NCBI GenBank assembly: GCA_002773285.1
Contig: PFBM01000005.1
Coordinates: 2,225 to 56,174, forward strand
Source: Candidatus Kaiserbacteria bacterium CG10_big_fil_rev_8_21_14_0_10_59_10
Lineage (GTDB): Bacteria; Patescibacteriota; Minisyncoccia; Phycocordibacterales; UBA2100
Direction: 5' to 3'
Length of the DNA stretch: 53,950 nt
Positions 35,153 through 44,091 of this stretch are shown here, one piece after another. The position numbers were made by a program, and so were the translations under genes. Under the pieces are notes generated by a model. It saw only the letters and a program-made list of their open reading frames with translations. It was not told the origin of the DNA and ran no database searches. The stretch's first letter is position 1. Each line of letters begins with the position of its first letter.

Positions 35153-37951
35153 CTACATTCCCGCGGACGCCATGTCGGAGGGGGCGGACGCCGGGGAAGG
35201 GGCGTATTTTTTCCGTATCTCTGCCTCTATTTCCTCTCGATCGCGGCCGTAGACGCGATACGAAAGCTCTTTCAGCGCATCGACATGCGCGTAATCGACC
35301 GGTGGCAAGTCAGCGGTGCGGATGGTGAACGGGCGCGCGGGCGCGCCATGGACGAGAAGCGCGATGCTTGCGTGGCGATTCTGCTGGTTTTCAAGGTCCG
35401 AGGCGGAGAAGACAGGCGCGAATTGCTTCGCAAGAAACTCCGCGTCCTGTGTACCGACGCGAAACGCAACCTTCGTGCCCACGTTACCTATGACGGCATC
35501 GCGAATGCCCTCCGGCAACTGCGCGATGAACTGGTGCGCCACGGTGAGCGCGAGCTTGTACTTGCGCGCCTCGGAGAGGATCGTTCCGATGGAGGGCGTT
35601 GCGAAATTCTGGAACTCGTCGATGTACATGTAGAAGACGGGTAATTCCCCTCGCGTATCGACGCGCGAGAAGGCGGCCTGCAGGAATTTCGATACGAGGA
35701 CGAGCCCGAGCAGCGCGGTGTTCCTGTCGCCTAGGCGGCCCTTGGAAAGGTTCGCGAGAAAGATTTTCTTGCTGTCCATTATCTCACGAAAATTGAAGGC
35801 GCTCTTTTCCTGCGCCACGATCGGGCGCATGATGTCGTTCGCCAGAAAGACGTCGAATTTCGACGTAATGTACGGCGCGATGTTCTCGAGCGACGGATCG
35901 CCCCCTGCCTGCTCGGCGATACCGCGCCAAAATTGAACGACGACCGGGTTCGAGCAACGCGAGAGCTTCAAATTCCTGAATGCGGGATCAGCGAATATGC
36001 GCGGTATCTCGAGGAACGTCGAGCCGCTATCGGGGTCTTCGACGACGAGCTGCACGGCGTTCCTATAGTACTGTTCGAACATCGGTCCGAAGGCCTCGGG
36101 CACGTCGCTGTAGAGTTTGCGGAAGATGCTATAGACCTCGTCCACGACGAACGTTTTCATTTCGGGCCGCGAGCGGTCGTACTCGAGCATATTGAGGCCC
36201 ATGGGGCGCGCGGTATACGCGGGATCGAAATAGATGACATCGTTCGCACGCTCCGGCGGCACCGACGCGAGCACGTCTTCAATGTCATTGCCATGCGGAT
36301 CGATGAACGCGACGCCTTCGCCGCTTCGTATGTCCTGCATTATCATGTTCTTTATGAGGCCCGTCTTTCCGGTGCCGGTCTGGCCTATGACATACGCGTG
36401 CCGCAAGCGGTCCGCGGTGCCGAAGCGCACTTCGGTTTCCGATGCGCCATAGCGGTTGAGGCCGAGCACGATGCCATCCTCCGGCATCTCGACGGGTGCA
36501 GGCGATTGTTTTGCATGCGTGCGCTTGAGCTCGCGCGAGGTCGTTACGCGCTCAGCCGTCAAGTGAAAGATGGATGTTATCTCGGCGAGCGAAAGCGGCA
36601 TCGCGTAGGACTCGTCGAACGTACGGTACGAGAAAGCGCGCAGGAACTCGGCCAAGCCCCAGTTGGACACGCGCTTGAACACGAGCCGATTCCCCTTCGG
36701 GTCGTCATACTGTCCGAATGGCGCGGTGAGATTATGTATGAGACTATCGGCCTCGCGTTTCGTGCGTGCGGAGGCCGCAAGCCGAATGATTGCCGGCACG
36801 ATGCGGCTTTTCACCTTGCGCGTAAGCGCCTCCGTCGCGACCTGGTCTCCCGGCCGCGACGGATGCATCCTCTCTTCTTCCCGCTTCTCCTTAGATTTCG
36901 TGAATGAGTCAAAAATGTCTTTCGCCACGTCGCCGAGGACCGTCTCGGGCGTGCGCAATGCCTCTTCTATCGTCTTGCCCTTGTCGAGCTGTCGCAGGAT
37001 CTTTTTATAGTACCGATTGTACCGATCTCCTTCGTTCCCAACGACTATTTGGAGCGCCGCACCTTCGCCGTGCTTTGCCAATTTTGAAAATGCGGCAAGC
37101 AGCACGTTCAGCGGGTCGTGATCATACATCTCCGGTGTCTTTAAGGGGTAGGCCGGGTGTTCGGCCAGCGTCGCATACGCTGCCGCGTGCTCGCCCTCGT
37201 AATTGAAAATATTGTAATCGCTCCGGCACTCCGTAATGCGCGCATTCGGGAACACGGATGAAACCAGCCGCTCCGCAAGCTGCTGCTTTTCCCGCGGCAC
37301 CGCAAGATAAAGCGATGCCTCTTCCGTTCCCTCCGAGACCGCTATCTCGAGCGAGAAACCCTCATGTTTGCCTATGAATGAAAGCAGGCCGGCGTAGAGC
37401 TGCTCCGAGGAGGAAAGCAGCTCCTCAAGCCGCTCCCGCTGCGTTTCCTCCTTACCGCCGGGCTGCCCTTCGGGGTGGATCTCGAAGAGCACGAGGTGGA
37501 GCGCCTTCATGATGCGCTCCGGCGGCGCATACCCTTTCAGAGGCAGGCCCTCGGCGACGTAGCGGACAAGTACGCGATGCAGGTCGTCTTCCAGGTGTAC
37601 GTTTTTCATTTTCGCAACGACTGAGAGCGCATTCCTGATGCCCCGCTCCCTCACTATTTCAAGCAGTGCGTCAATCTGCCGATCGTGCGCCTCCGGCTCG
37701 AGGTTGAGCGCGGCACGTATGCTATCGTGCTCCGGCATGACAGTTTCCTCATGCAGCACTTCCGCCGCCGGCGTGTCGGCATAGGAGCGCACTTCGCGTT
37801 TTGCTATGCGGTCTCTCTCGAACCGCTCGCCCGAGAGCTCAAGCGCCTCTTCCTGCTCACGCACCCGTTCACGCAAATAGGCGAGCTCCTCTTCAGGCGT
37901 TCGAAACTTCTCCACCGCTGCGGCGCGCGCCTTCTCCAATGATGGAGGCAT
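35153..37951 (-). CDS. VirD4/TraD/TraG-like P-loop ATPase (type IV coupling-protein family) with large unassigned N-terminal region
   Basis: 932 aa from ATG 37951. Walker A VIGQTGTGKTGL, FIDPHGN, Walker B-like FYMYIDEFQNFATPS, and TVAHQFIAQL. The first ~480 aa have no recognised domain. Confidence 0.7.
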   Translation of the reverse strand: MPPSLEKARAAAVEKFRTPEEELAYLRERVREQEEALELSGERFERDRIAKREVRSYADTPAAEVLHEETVMPEHDSIRAALNLEPEAHDRQIDALLEIVRERGIRNALSVVAKMKNVHLEDDLHRVLVRYVAEGLPLKGYAPPERIMKALHLVLFEIHPEGQPGGKEETQRERLEELLSSSEQLYAGLLSFIGKHEGFSLEIAVSEGTEEASLYLAVPREKQQLAERLVSSVFPNARITECRSDYNIFNYEGEHAAAYATLAEHPAYPLKTPEMYDHDPLNVLLAAFSKLAKHGEGAALQIVVGNEGDRYNRYYKKILRQLDKGKTIEEALRTPETVLGDVAKDIFDSFTKSKEKREEERMHPSRPGDQVATEALTRKVKSRIVPAIIRLAASARTKREADSLIHNLTAPFGQYDDPKGNRLVFKRVSNWGLAEFLRAFSYRTFDESYAMPLSLAEITSIFHLTAERVTTSRELKRTHAKQSPAPVEMPEDGIVLGLNRYGASETEVRFGTADRLRHAYVIGQTGTGKTGLIKNMIMQDIRSGEGVAFIDPHGNDIEDVLASVPPERANDVIYFDPAYTARPMGLNMLEYDRSRPEMKTFVVDEVYSIFRKLYSDVPEAFGPMFEQYYRNAVQLVVEDPDSGSTFLEIPRIFADPAFRNLKLSRCSNPVVVQFWRGIAEQAGGDPSLENIAPYITSKFDVFLANDIMRPIVAQEKSAFNFREIMDSKKIFLANLSKGRLGDRNTALLGLVLVSKFLQAAFSRVDTRGELPVFYMYIDEFQNFATPSIGTILSEARKYKLALTVAHQFIAQLPEGIRDAVIGNVGTKVAFRVGTQDAEFLAKQFAPVFSASDLENQQNRHASIALLVHGAPARPFTIRTADLPPVDYAHVDALKELSYRVYGRDREEIEAEIRKKYAPSPASAPSDMASAGM

Positions 37952-38151
37952 ACCTAGACAGTATAGCGTATAGCGTACGGGGTACGGAGTAAGGCCGCCG
38001 TAAAAGAGCGGCCGGCGGTTACACCGGCAATACTTTTGCGCCGATGTCGCGGCGGAGGTATTTCTTTCAAAGTGAATTTTATCGGCGGCCTTATACGCAT
38101 ACTCGCGCACTTCTCCTAGCAAACCCCCGAGCGCAGAAACGACAACGCCAA

Positions 38152-38928
38152 TCAGCGAGAGTGGCCCGTGAGCACTTCGGGGCCGTTTTTTGTAACAAGC
38201 ACCGTGTGCTCGAAGTGCGCGGTGCGCGAGCCATCCTTCGTGCGATAGCCATGCCCATCCTCATCGAGAACAAGCTCGCCCGTGCCGAGCGTCATCATCG
38301 GCTCGATGGCGATAACCAATCCTTCGACGAGTTTCTCGCCGCTTCCGGGAGCCCCGAAATTCGGCACATGGGGCTCCTCGTGGATGGCGCGTCCTACGCC
38401 GTGGCCGGAGAGATTGCGAGGAAAGCCGAAGCCGTACTTTTTCGCCACCCGCTCGACCGCGTGCCCTATGTCTCCCGTCGTCTTGCCCATCCGCGCCGCC
38501 TTGATGCCTGCCGCGAGCGCCTCCTTCGTGCCGACGACAAGCCGTACATCGTCCTCGCTTCGCGGCTCACCGGCGATGATGGTTATCGCGTGGTCGGTAT
38601 ACAGTCCCTTGTGCTTCACGCCGAAATCAAGGCACACGACATCGCCGTCTTCGATAGTGCGGCCGTTATCGCTTGCCGGTGAGTGGACGATGACGTCGTT
38701 GATGGAAACACAGAGCGCCGCCGGATATGGGTGCTTCTCCCGCCTTCCCCTGTACCCGAGAAAAGCCGGCTCGTCTCCTCCCGCAATTATCTTTTTCCTC
38801 GCTTCTTCCTCGAGCGCGCTTGTGCGAACGCCCGGCGCGACGAGCGCCGCAAGTTCCCCGAGGTAGCGCGCAAGGCGCCGCCCTCCTTCTCGGAGCGCGG
38901 CCAGCTCTTCCTGTGTCGTGGCTATCAT
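38152..38928 (-). CDS. map: Methionine aminopeptidase type I
   Basis: 258 aa. Metal ligands in VCLDFG, HGVGRAIHE, IEPM, FEHTV. Confidence 0.93.
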   Translation of the reverse strand: MIATTQEELAALREGGRRLARYLGELAALVAPGVRTSALEEEARKKIIAGGDEPAFLGYRGRREKHPYPAALCVSINDVIVHSPASDNGRTIEDGDVVCLDFGVKHKGLYTDHAITIIAGEPRSEDDVRLVVGTKEALAAGIKAARMGKTTGDIGHAVERVAKKYGFGFPRNLSGHGVGRAIHEEPHVPNFGAPGSGEKLVEGLVIAIEPMMTLGTGELVLDEDGHGYRTKDGSRTAHFEHTVLVTKNGPEVLTGHSR

Positions 38929-38932
38929 TTCG

Positions 38933-39535
38933 TTAGGCGAGGGAAAGCGTTCTCAAAATATTTTGATGTATTTCTTCAATAGTCGGTTCGCCGTCTACCT
39001 CGTGGATGGTCCAGCCCAGCTCGCGAAGTTTCTCAACCGACGGCACGACGTGCTCTTCGTACCACGCAAAGCGGCTATTCAACGCCTCCTCCGTGGCGTC
39101 GTCATACCGCCCGCGCGCCTGGAGCCGCTCCCGCGCCGACTCTTTGGAGAGCACGAGAACGATCGCTTGCAGCTCGGGGCGGTTCCAGAGACGCATCATG
39201 TCGTCAACGGCACGCGACTGGTCGGGCCGGCGGCACGTACCGTCGAGGATAACGTGCTGCGTGCCGTCGAACGATTCATCCATGACTTTCGTAAGGAGAT
39301 GGATGGGCATGAAGGACGGCACGAGGCCGCCGGCGGCCAGTATCCCCTCTATGTGTTTCGCCAGCGGCGAGCCGGTGTGGACGTAGGCGCGCAACAAGCT
39401 GCCCATTTCCGGCCGTACGATGCCGCGCTCCGGGTCCTGCTCTTTCAGGTAATCCTCAAGAAGCGCGGACTGCGTACCCTTTCCGGAGCCGGATATGCCG
39501 AAAAACGCAACGGTGAGCGGCTTGTCCAAAGACAT
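38933..39535 (-). CDS. adk: Adenylate kinase
   Basis: 200 aa from ATG 39535. FFGISGSGKGTQ P-loop, no zinc lid. Confidence 0.85.
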   Translation of the reverse strand: MSLDKPLTVAFFGISGSGKGTQSALLEDYLKEQDPERGIVRPEMGSLLRAYVHTGSPLAKHIEGILAAGGLVPSFMPIHLLTKVMDESFDGTQHVILDGTCRRPDQSRAVDDMMRLWNRPELQAIVLVLSKESARERLQARGRYDDATEEALNSRFAWYEEHVVPSVEKLRELGWTIHEVDGEPTIEEIHQNILRTLSLA

Positions 39536-39536
39536 A

Positions 39537-40133
39537 CTAACGCACAAGAGTATACCCTTCTTTTTGGAGGATTTCTACGACTTCATCTACCGCTCGCGCG
39601 AGCTTTCCGTCCGCGTTCACCACGCGATAATCGTACTGCGGCGCATATTCGGCGATCTCTTTCTCTGCAATGCGCATGCGCTCCTCCAGCTCAGCATCGC
39701 TCATGTTCGGATTGCGAAGGCGAACACGCGTGCGCAGCGACTCTATCGACTCCGGAAGGATAAAAATAGTGGTCGCGTTGTAGTGCTCCTTGAGGAAGCG
39801 CGCGCCGACGATGTCAACATCCGCCAAAATGACCCTGCCGGAGGCGAGCCGCTTTTCAAGATCCGGCTTGTACACTCCGTAGTGCGTACCGAGCGCCGGG
39901 ACATACCGATGCTCCACTATGTTTCCGGCCGCACGCTCCTCGTTGAAACGCTCGTTGGTAAAGAAGAACTTATCTCGCCCATCCTGCTCGCCCGGACGGG
40001 GCGCGCGGGTCGTCGCGGTGACGAGCATGGTGCAATTCGAGAAACGCTCCCGCAGCGCGTCGATGATGGAATTTTTTCCGCCTCCCGAGGGGCCGGCTAT
40101 GTTGGCTATCTGTTTCGGCATGCCCGCACTCAT
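39537..40133 (-). CDS. gmk: Guanylate kinase (canonical P-loop)
   Basis: 198 aa. IAGPSGGGKNS, TATTRAPRPGEQDGRDKFF. Its ATG overlaps the upstream stop as ATGA (40130-40133). Confidence 0.85.
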   Translation of the reverse strand: MSAGMPKQIANIAGPSGGGKNSIIDALRERFSNCTMLVTATTRAPRPGEQDGRDKFFFTNERFNEERAAGNIVEHRYVPALGTHYGVYKPDLEKRLASGRVILADVDIVGARFLKEHYNATTIFILPESIESLRTRVRLRNPNMSDAELEERMRIAEKEIAEYAPQYDYRVVNADGKLARAVDEVVEILQKEGYTLVR

Positions 40134-40711
40134 ACGTCGTACCCTTCCTTCTTTAGTATCTCCACCACATGGCCGATGGTGTCGACGAATTCTCCATCTG
40201 CGTTCCACACGACATAGTCGTAACGGTTCTCCGCCTCGTTTATTTCCTCCAGCGCCTGCTGCATGCGGCTGTTCACCTCGCGCTCCGATATGGTCGGATC
40301 GCGCCGCATAATACGGCCGCGCAGCACATCGAGCGATTTCGGTTTAATGAATATCGTGATGGCGCGGTACTTTTCCTTATAGTACTTCGCGCCGCGCAGG
40401 TCGGTATTAACGACGAGGGTCTTGCCCGCCTTAAGCTGCTTTTCCAACTCGGGCAGGTACGTCCCATACCATGCATCCCGATTCGGCACGTGCGTGTGCT
40501 CCACGATATTTCCCTCCTGCACTTCCTCGAAGAAGCGCTCTTTGGTCATGAAAAAGTAGTCGTACCCCTCCCGCTCGCCCGGGCGAGGAGGGCGGGTCGT
40601 TGCGGTAACAAGACGCACGAAGTTCGGGTACGCAAGTATGAGTTCGTGCGTAAAGGTCGTCTCGCCGCTGCCTGTCGGCCCTGCAACGACGACTACATTT
40701 CGGCGTGGCAT
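40130..40711 (-). CDS. Guanylate-kinase paralogue with Glu replacing the P-loop Lys
   Basis: 193 aa from ATG 40711 (the track start at 40726 is GTG). VVVAGPTGSGETTF, where codon GAG lies at 40661-40663. TATTRPPRPGEREGYDYFF. By-eye alignment with the adjacent gmk shows clear paralogy. Confidence 0.75.
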   Translation of the reverse strand: MPRRNVVVVAGPTGSGETTFTHELILAYPNFVRLVTATTRPPRPGEREGYDYFFMTKERFFEEVQEGNIVEHTHVPNRDAWYGTYLPELEKQLKAGKTLVVNTDLRGAKYYKEKYRAITIFIKPKSLDVLRGRIMRRDPTISEREVNSRMQQALEEINEAENRYDYVVWNADGEFVDTIGHVVEILKKEGYDV

Positions 40712-40735
40712 ACGGAAGTCTACCACGTGAGGCCG

Positions 40736-42010
40736 TTAATATTCTCTGATGGATGTCTGCGCGTCTATCTTCTTCACCACGTCCAGTACGACCGACACGA
40801 CGATGAGAAGCGCGGTGCCGCCGATGGTCACGGTCGTGATGCCCGTCACCCCCTGCAGAATGATAGGCAACACGGCGATGCATCCGAGAAAGAGCGCTCC
40901 GACAAGCGTGATGCGGGTGATGATGTTGCCAAGGTACTCCGCGGTCGTGCCGCCGGGGCGCACGCCGGGGATGAACGCGCCGTTCTTTTGCAGGTTTTTC
41001 GCGATCTGATTCGGCTCGAACGTAATGGCGGTGTAGAAGTACGTGAATACGAAGACGAGCCCGAAGTAGAGCGCTCCATAGACCCATTGGCTGTTCAGTG
41101 CGTTCGCGACCGCGCCCGCGCCGCGCGAGAGGTACGCAATGTCCGCGCCGGCGAGGAATGTTGCCACCATCTGCGGGAAAAGGAGCAGCGAGAGCGCGAA
41201 TATGATGGGCATTACGCCCGCCTGATTTACGCGTATCGGAAGGTACGTTGAGATGCCGCCTAAGACGCGCTGGCCGCGCACCCGCCGCGCATACGTGACC
41301 GGAATGGGACGCTCCGCCTCTGCGATATATACGACACCGGCGGTAATGACGACCGCCATTGCCGCGAACGCGATGTACGTTGGCAGCTGCGATATCTCAA
41401 AGGTAAATGCGAGCTGCGCGAGCTGCGTCGGAATGACGGCGACAATACCGGCAAAAATGATGAGCGACACGCCGTTCCCGACGCCGAATTCGGTGATCAG
41501 TTCGCCTATCCACATTAGCAGCATCGAGCCCGCCGCAATGACAAGCACGTTCGTGAGCGTGGTGAACAGATCGAGGGGCGGAATGACGCCGTTCTGCCGA
41601 AGAAGGAGCAGGAACGCAAATGCCTGAAAGACCGCCATCGGAAGCGTGAGGTAGCGTGAATATTGCATGAAGCGCATCCGCCCCGCGTCGCCCTCTTCCT
41701 GATACATCGCCTTAAGGCGCGGCGAAAGCACGGTCATAAGCTGCATGACGATGGCCGCGGTAATGTATGGGCCGACACCGAGCATGACGATAGAGAGATT
41801 GGACAAGCCGCCACCGGAGAAGATGTTGAGGAGCCCGAAGAACTGATTCCCGGCGAGGAACGCCGCGAGAGCGGACGCGTCAATACTCGGGATCGGTATG
41901 GCGGCGAGAATGCGGAACACCACAAGCGCGCCGAGCACAAAAAGTACGCGGCGGCGGAGCACCTCGTCCGCGAGCACCATCTTCAGCTTCCGTATGAACG
42001 TCTCGAACAT
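40736..42010 (-). CDS. secY: Preprotein translocase subunit SecY
   Basis: 424 aa, 10-TM SecY sequence (GGGLSNLSIVMLGVGPYITA...). Confidence 0.95.
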   Translation of the reverse strand: MFETFIRKLKMVLADEVLRRRVLFVLGALVVFRILAAIPIPSIDASALAAFLAGNQFFGLLNIFSGGGLSNLSIVMLGVGPYITAAIVMQLMTVLSPRLKAMYQEEGDAGRMRFMQYSRYLTLPMAVFQAFAFLLLLRQNGVIPPLDLFTTLTNVLVIAAGSMLLMWIGELITEFGVGNGVSLIIFAGIVAVIPTQLAQLAFTFEISQLPTYIAFAAMAVVITAGVVYIAEAERPIPVTYARRVRGQRVLGGISTYLPIRVNQAGVMPIIFALSLLLFPQMVATFLAGADIAYLSRGAGAVANALNSQWVYGALYFGLVFVFTYFYTAITFEPNQIAKNLQKNGAFIPGVRPGGTTAEYLGNIITRITLVGALFLGCIAVLPIILQGVTGITTVTIGGTALLIVVSVVLDVVKKIDAQTSIREY

Positions 42011-42013
42011 AGC

Positions 42014-42469
42014 TTAGGTGGCGCTGCCGCCGGCCTTCTCGAGTGCCGCTCGTGCCGATGCCGAGATGGCGCATCCTGTAATGGAGAGTTTCTTCGATGT
42101 TTCTCCCGCGGTTATCTTTATCGGAGGAATGGTGCGGCCGCGTCGCTTTACGATGCCGCGCTCTACGAGATCCTGCGGCGTGACCGATGCGCCGGATTCA
42201 AATGCCGCATCAAGACGCGAGAGCGCGACAGGTACCGCACGCACGCGGTTTCCCACGACGGTGCGCGCCCGATTCTTACCGAAACCGCGCCGCTTCGGGA
42301 GCTTCTTGATGATGTCACGCATCTCGGGGCGCTTTTTGCGACCCGCTCGCGCGTTCTGCCCTTTGGTGCCCCGCCCGGATGTTTTGCCGGCACCGCTCGA
42401 TTGTCCGCGGCCAAGGCGACGCTTAGGGCGCGCGGTGACTCGTCGCAATGTGTGTAGTCCCGTGCTCAT
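42014..42469 (-). CDS. rplO: 50S ribosomal protein L15
   Basis: 151 aa. RRLGRGQSSGAGKTSGRGTKGQ. Its ATG overlaps the rpsE stop (ATGA). Confidence 0.95.
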   Translation of the reverse strand: MSTGLHTLRRVTARPKRRLGRGQSSGAGKTSGRGTKGQNARAGRKKRPEMRDIIKKLPKRRGFGKNRARTVVGNRVRAVPVALSRLDAAFESGASVTPQDLVERGIVKRRGRTIPPIKITAGETSKKLSITGCAISASARAALEKAGGSAT

Positions 42470-43059
42470 ACCTCTTTATGCGCCTTACCGCCCTTAGGCC
42501 GTGCGACGCTTGCTAATGCAACGATAGTCGCGCGCGCATTGTTGACGGGATTTTTGCTGCGTGAGAGAAGTTTCGCCGTTACGTCGGAGATGCCGGCAAG
42601 GTCGAGCACCGTTCGCACCGAAGAGCCCGCCACAAGCCCGCGGCCGGGCGATGGGCGGATAGCGACCGCAGAGGCGCAGTATTTCGCCTCGACGTTATGT
42701 GCGATGCTGCGATTCTCCGTAAGCGGCACTGTTATCATATTTCTCTTCGCGGCTCGAGAGGCCTTCTCGATAGCAAGCGCGGTATCGTTCGCCTTGCCAA
42801 GCCCAACTCCCACGCGCCCGCGCTTGTCACCGAGGACTATCCCGACGCTGAAATTGAACCGGCGACCGCCCGCCATCACGCGCGCTACGCGGCGTATGCC
42901 GATGAGCTTCTGTTCGAATTCAGACCTGCGCTCGCCGCGCTGCGGCGCGCCGCGGCGGCCGCCGCGCCCGCGCTCAGGCCCTCGAGGACCGCGACGCATT
43001 CCCTGGCCGTGCTGTCCCTGAGCAGGTGCCGCGCTTTTTTGTGTATCGGTGTTGTTCAT
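42466..43059 (-). CDS. rpsE: 30S ribosomal protein S5 (Arg/Gly-rich N-extension)
   Basis: 197 aa. IRRVARVMAGGRRFNFSVGIVLGD... Confidence 0.95.
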   Translation of the reverse strand: MNNTDTQKSAAPAQGQHGQGMRRGPRGPERGRGGRRGAPQRGERRSEFEQKLIGIRRVARVMAGGRRFNFSVGIVLGDKRGRVGVGLGKANDTALAIEKASRAAKRNMITVPLTENRSIAHNVEAKYCASAVAIRPSPGRGLVAGSSVRTVLDLAGISDVTAKLLSRSKNPVNNARATIVALASVARPKGGKAHKEV

Positions 43060-43076
43060 AGTGCCGAATAGGTTTG

Positions 43077-43424
43077 TTAAAATTTGAGCCCCGCCTCGCG
43101 CGCCGCATCTGCAAACGCCTTAATGGTGCCGAGATACTGGAAGCCGCCTCGGTCGAACACAACCTCCGTAACGCCCTTCTCCCCCGCCCGCTTCACCAAT
43201 GTCGCAGCGGCTGCGATAGCTCGCTCGCGCGGGGTCTTGCCCTTCTCTTCGCCCGAATTGACCGCCGCGAGAGTCACGCCCTGCTCATCGTTTATTACCT
43301 GTGCGACGAGCCGCGTGTTGGACTTGAACACGGAAAGGCGCGGCCGCGCTGCCGTGCCGACAACCTTCGCGCGTACTCGCGCGTGCCGGCGCTCTCTTCG
43401 TTGTCGTTTCTGCAGTGTTTGCAT
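43077..43424 (-). CDS. rplR: 50S ribosomal protein L18
   Basis: 115 aa from ATG 43424 (the track start at 43445 is GTG). RPRLSVFKSNTRLVAQVI...FDRGGFQYLG. Confidence 0.93.
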   Translation of the reverse strand: MQTLQKRQRRERRHARVRAKVVGTAARPRLSVFKSNTRLVAQVINDEQGVTLAAVNSGEEKGKTPRERAIAAAATLVKRAGEKGVTEVVFDRGGFQYLGTIKAFADAAREAGLKF

Positions 43425-43431
43425 ACGCTTT

Positions 43432-43974
43432 TTATGCAGCCGCACCCGCCTTCTTGCCTTGCTTCATTCTGATAACCTCGCCTTCATACCTGATGCCTTT
43501 ACCCTTGTACGGCTCCGGCTTCCTCACGGCTCGCACAACAGCCGCAAACTGTCCAACCCGCTCCTTATCTGCACCCGATATGGTAATAAGATTCTTCTCA
43601 ACGGCGACCGTTATCCCTTCCGGCACCTGCAGCACGACCGGATGCGAAAATCCGACCAGGAGCGTAAGCGTGTTGCCGGAGAGCTCCGCGCGGTAGCCGA
43701 TGCCCTCCACCTGCAATTTCTTCTCGAACGGCGTATTGACGCCTGAGACCATGTTTCGAATATGCGCAGCGTACGTACCCCACAGCGCCTGCGCAAGGCG
43801 GGTCTTCGCGGCCGGCTTCACGATGATCTCGCTGCCGGCGACCTCCACCGATACAGCCGGGTGCAGCGCGCGAGAAAGCGCGCCGCCCTTGCCCTTGACC
43901 AGCACTTCGCCTTCCGCGACAGACACCTCGGTGCCGGCAGGTATGGCGATCGGAAGTTTTCCTGTACGACTCAT
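43432..43974 (-). CDS. rplF: 50S ribosomal protein L6
   Basis: 180 aa. MSRTGKLPIAIPAGTEVSV... Confidence 0.95.
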   Translation of the reverse strand: MSRTGKLPIAIPAGTEVSVAEGEVLVKGKGGALSRALHPAVSVEVAGSEIIVKPAAKTRLAQALWGTYAAHIRNMVSGVNTPFEKKLQVEGIGYRAELSGNTLTLLVGFSHPVVLQVPEGITVAVEKNLITISGADKERVGQFAAVVRAVRKPEPYKGKGIRYEGEVIRMKQGKKAGAAA

Positions 43975-44091
43975 AATTAGTTTTTCTTAGCGAGCAAAGC
44001 GGGCTTAGAAACAACTTCTACCTGCCTAAATTTCCCGAGGAAATTTGGGCGGGTAAAGCATATGTAATTCGCTTCGCTCATAACATCTTCA
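43975..44091. repeat. Palindromic intergenic element, copy A (rpsH-rplF spacer)
   Basis: Core CCTGCCTAAATTTC-CCGAG-GAAATTTGGGCGGG (44021-44053). The 59 nt next to the rplF ATG are about 80 percent identical by eye to the 60 nt next to the rplX ATG in copy B. Confidence 0.8.
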
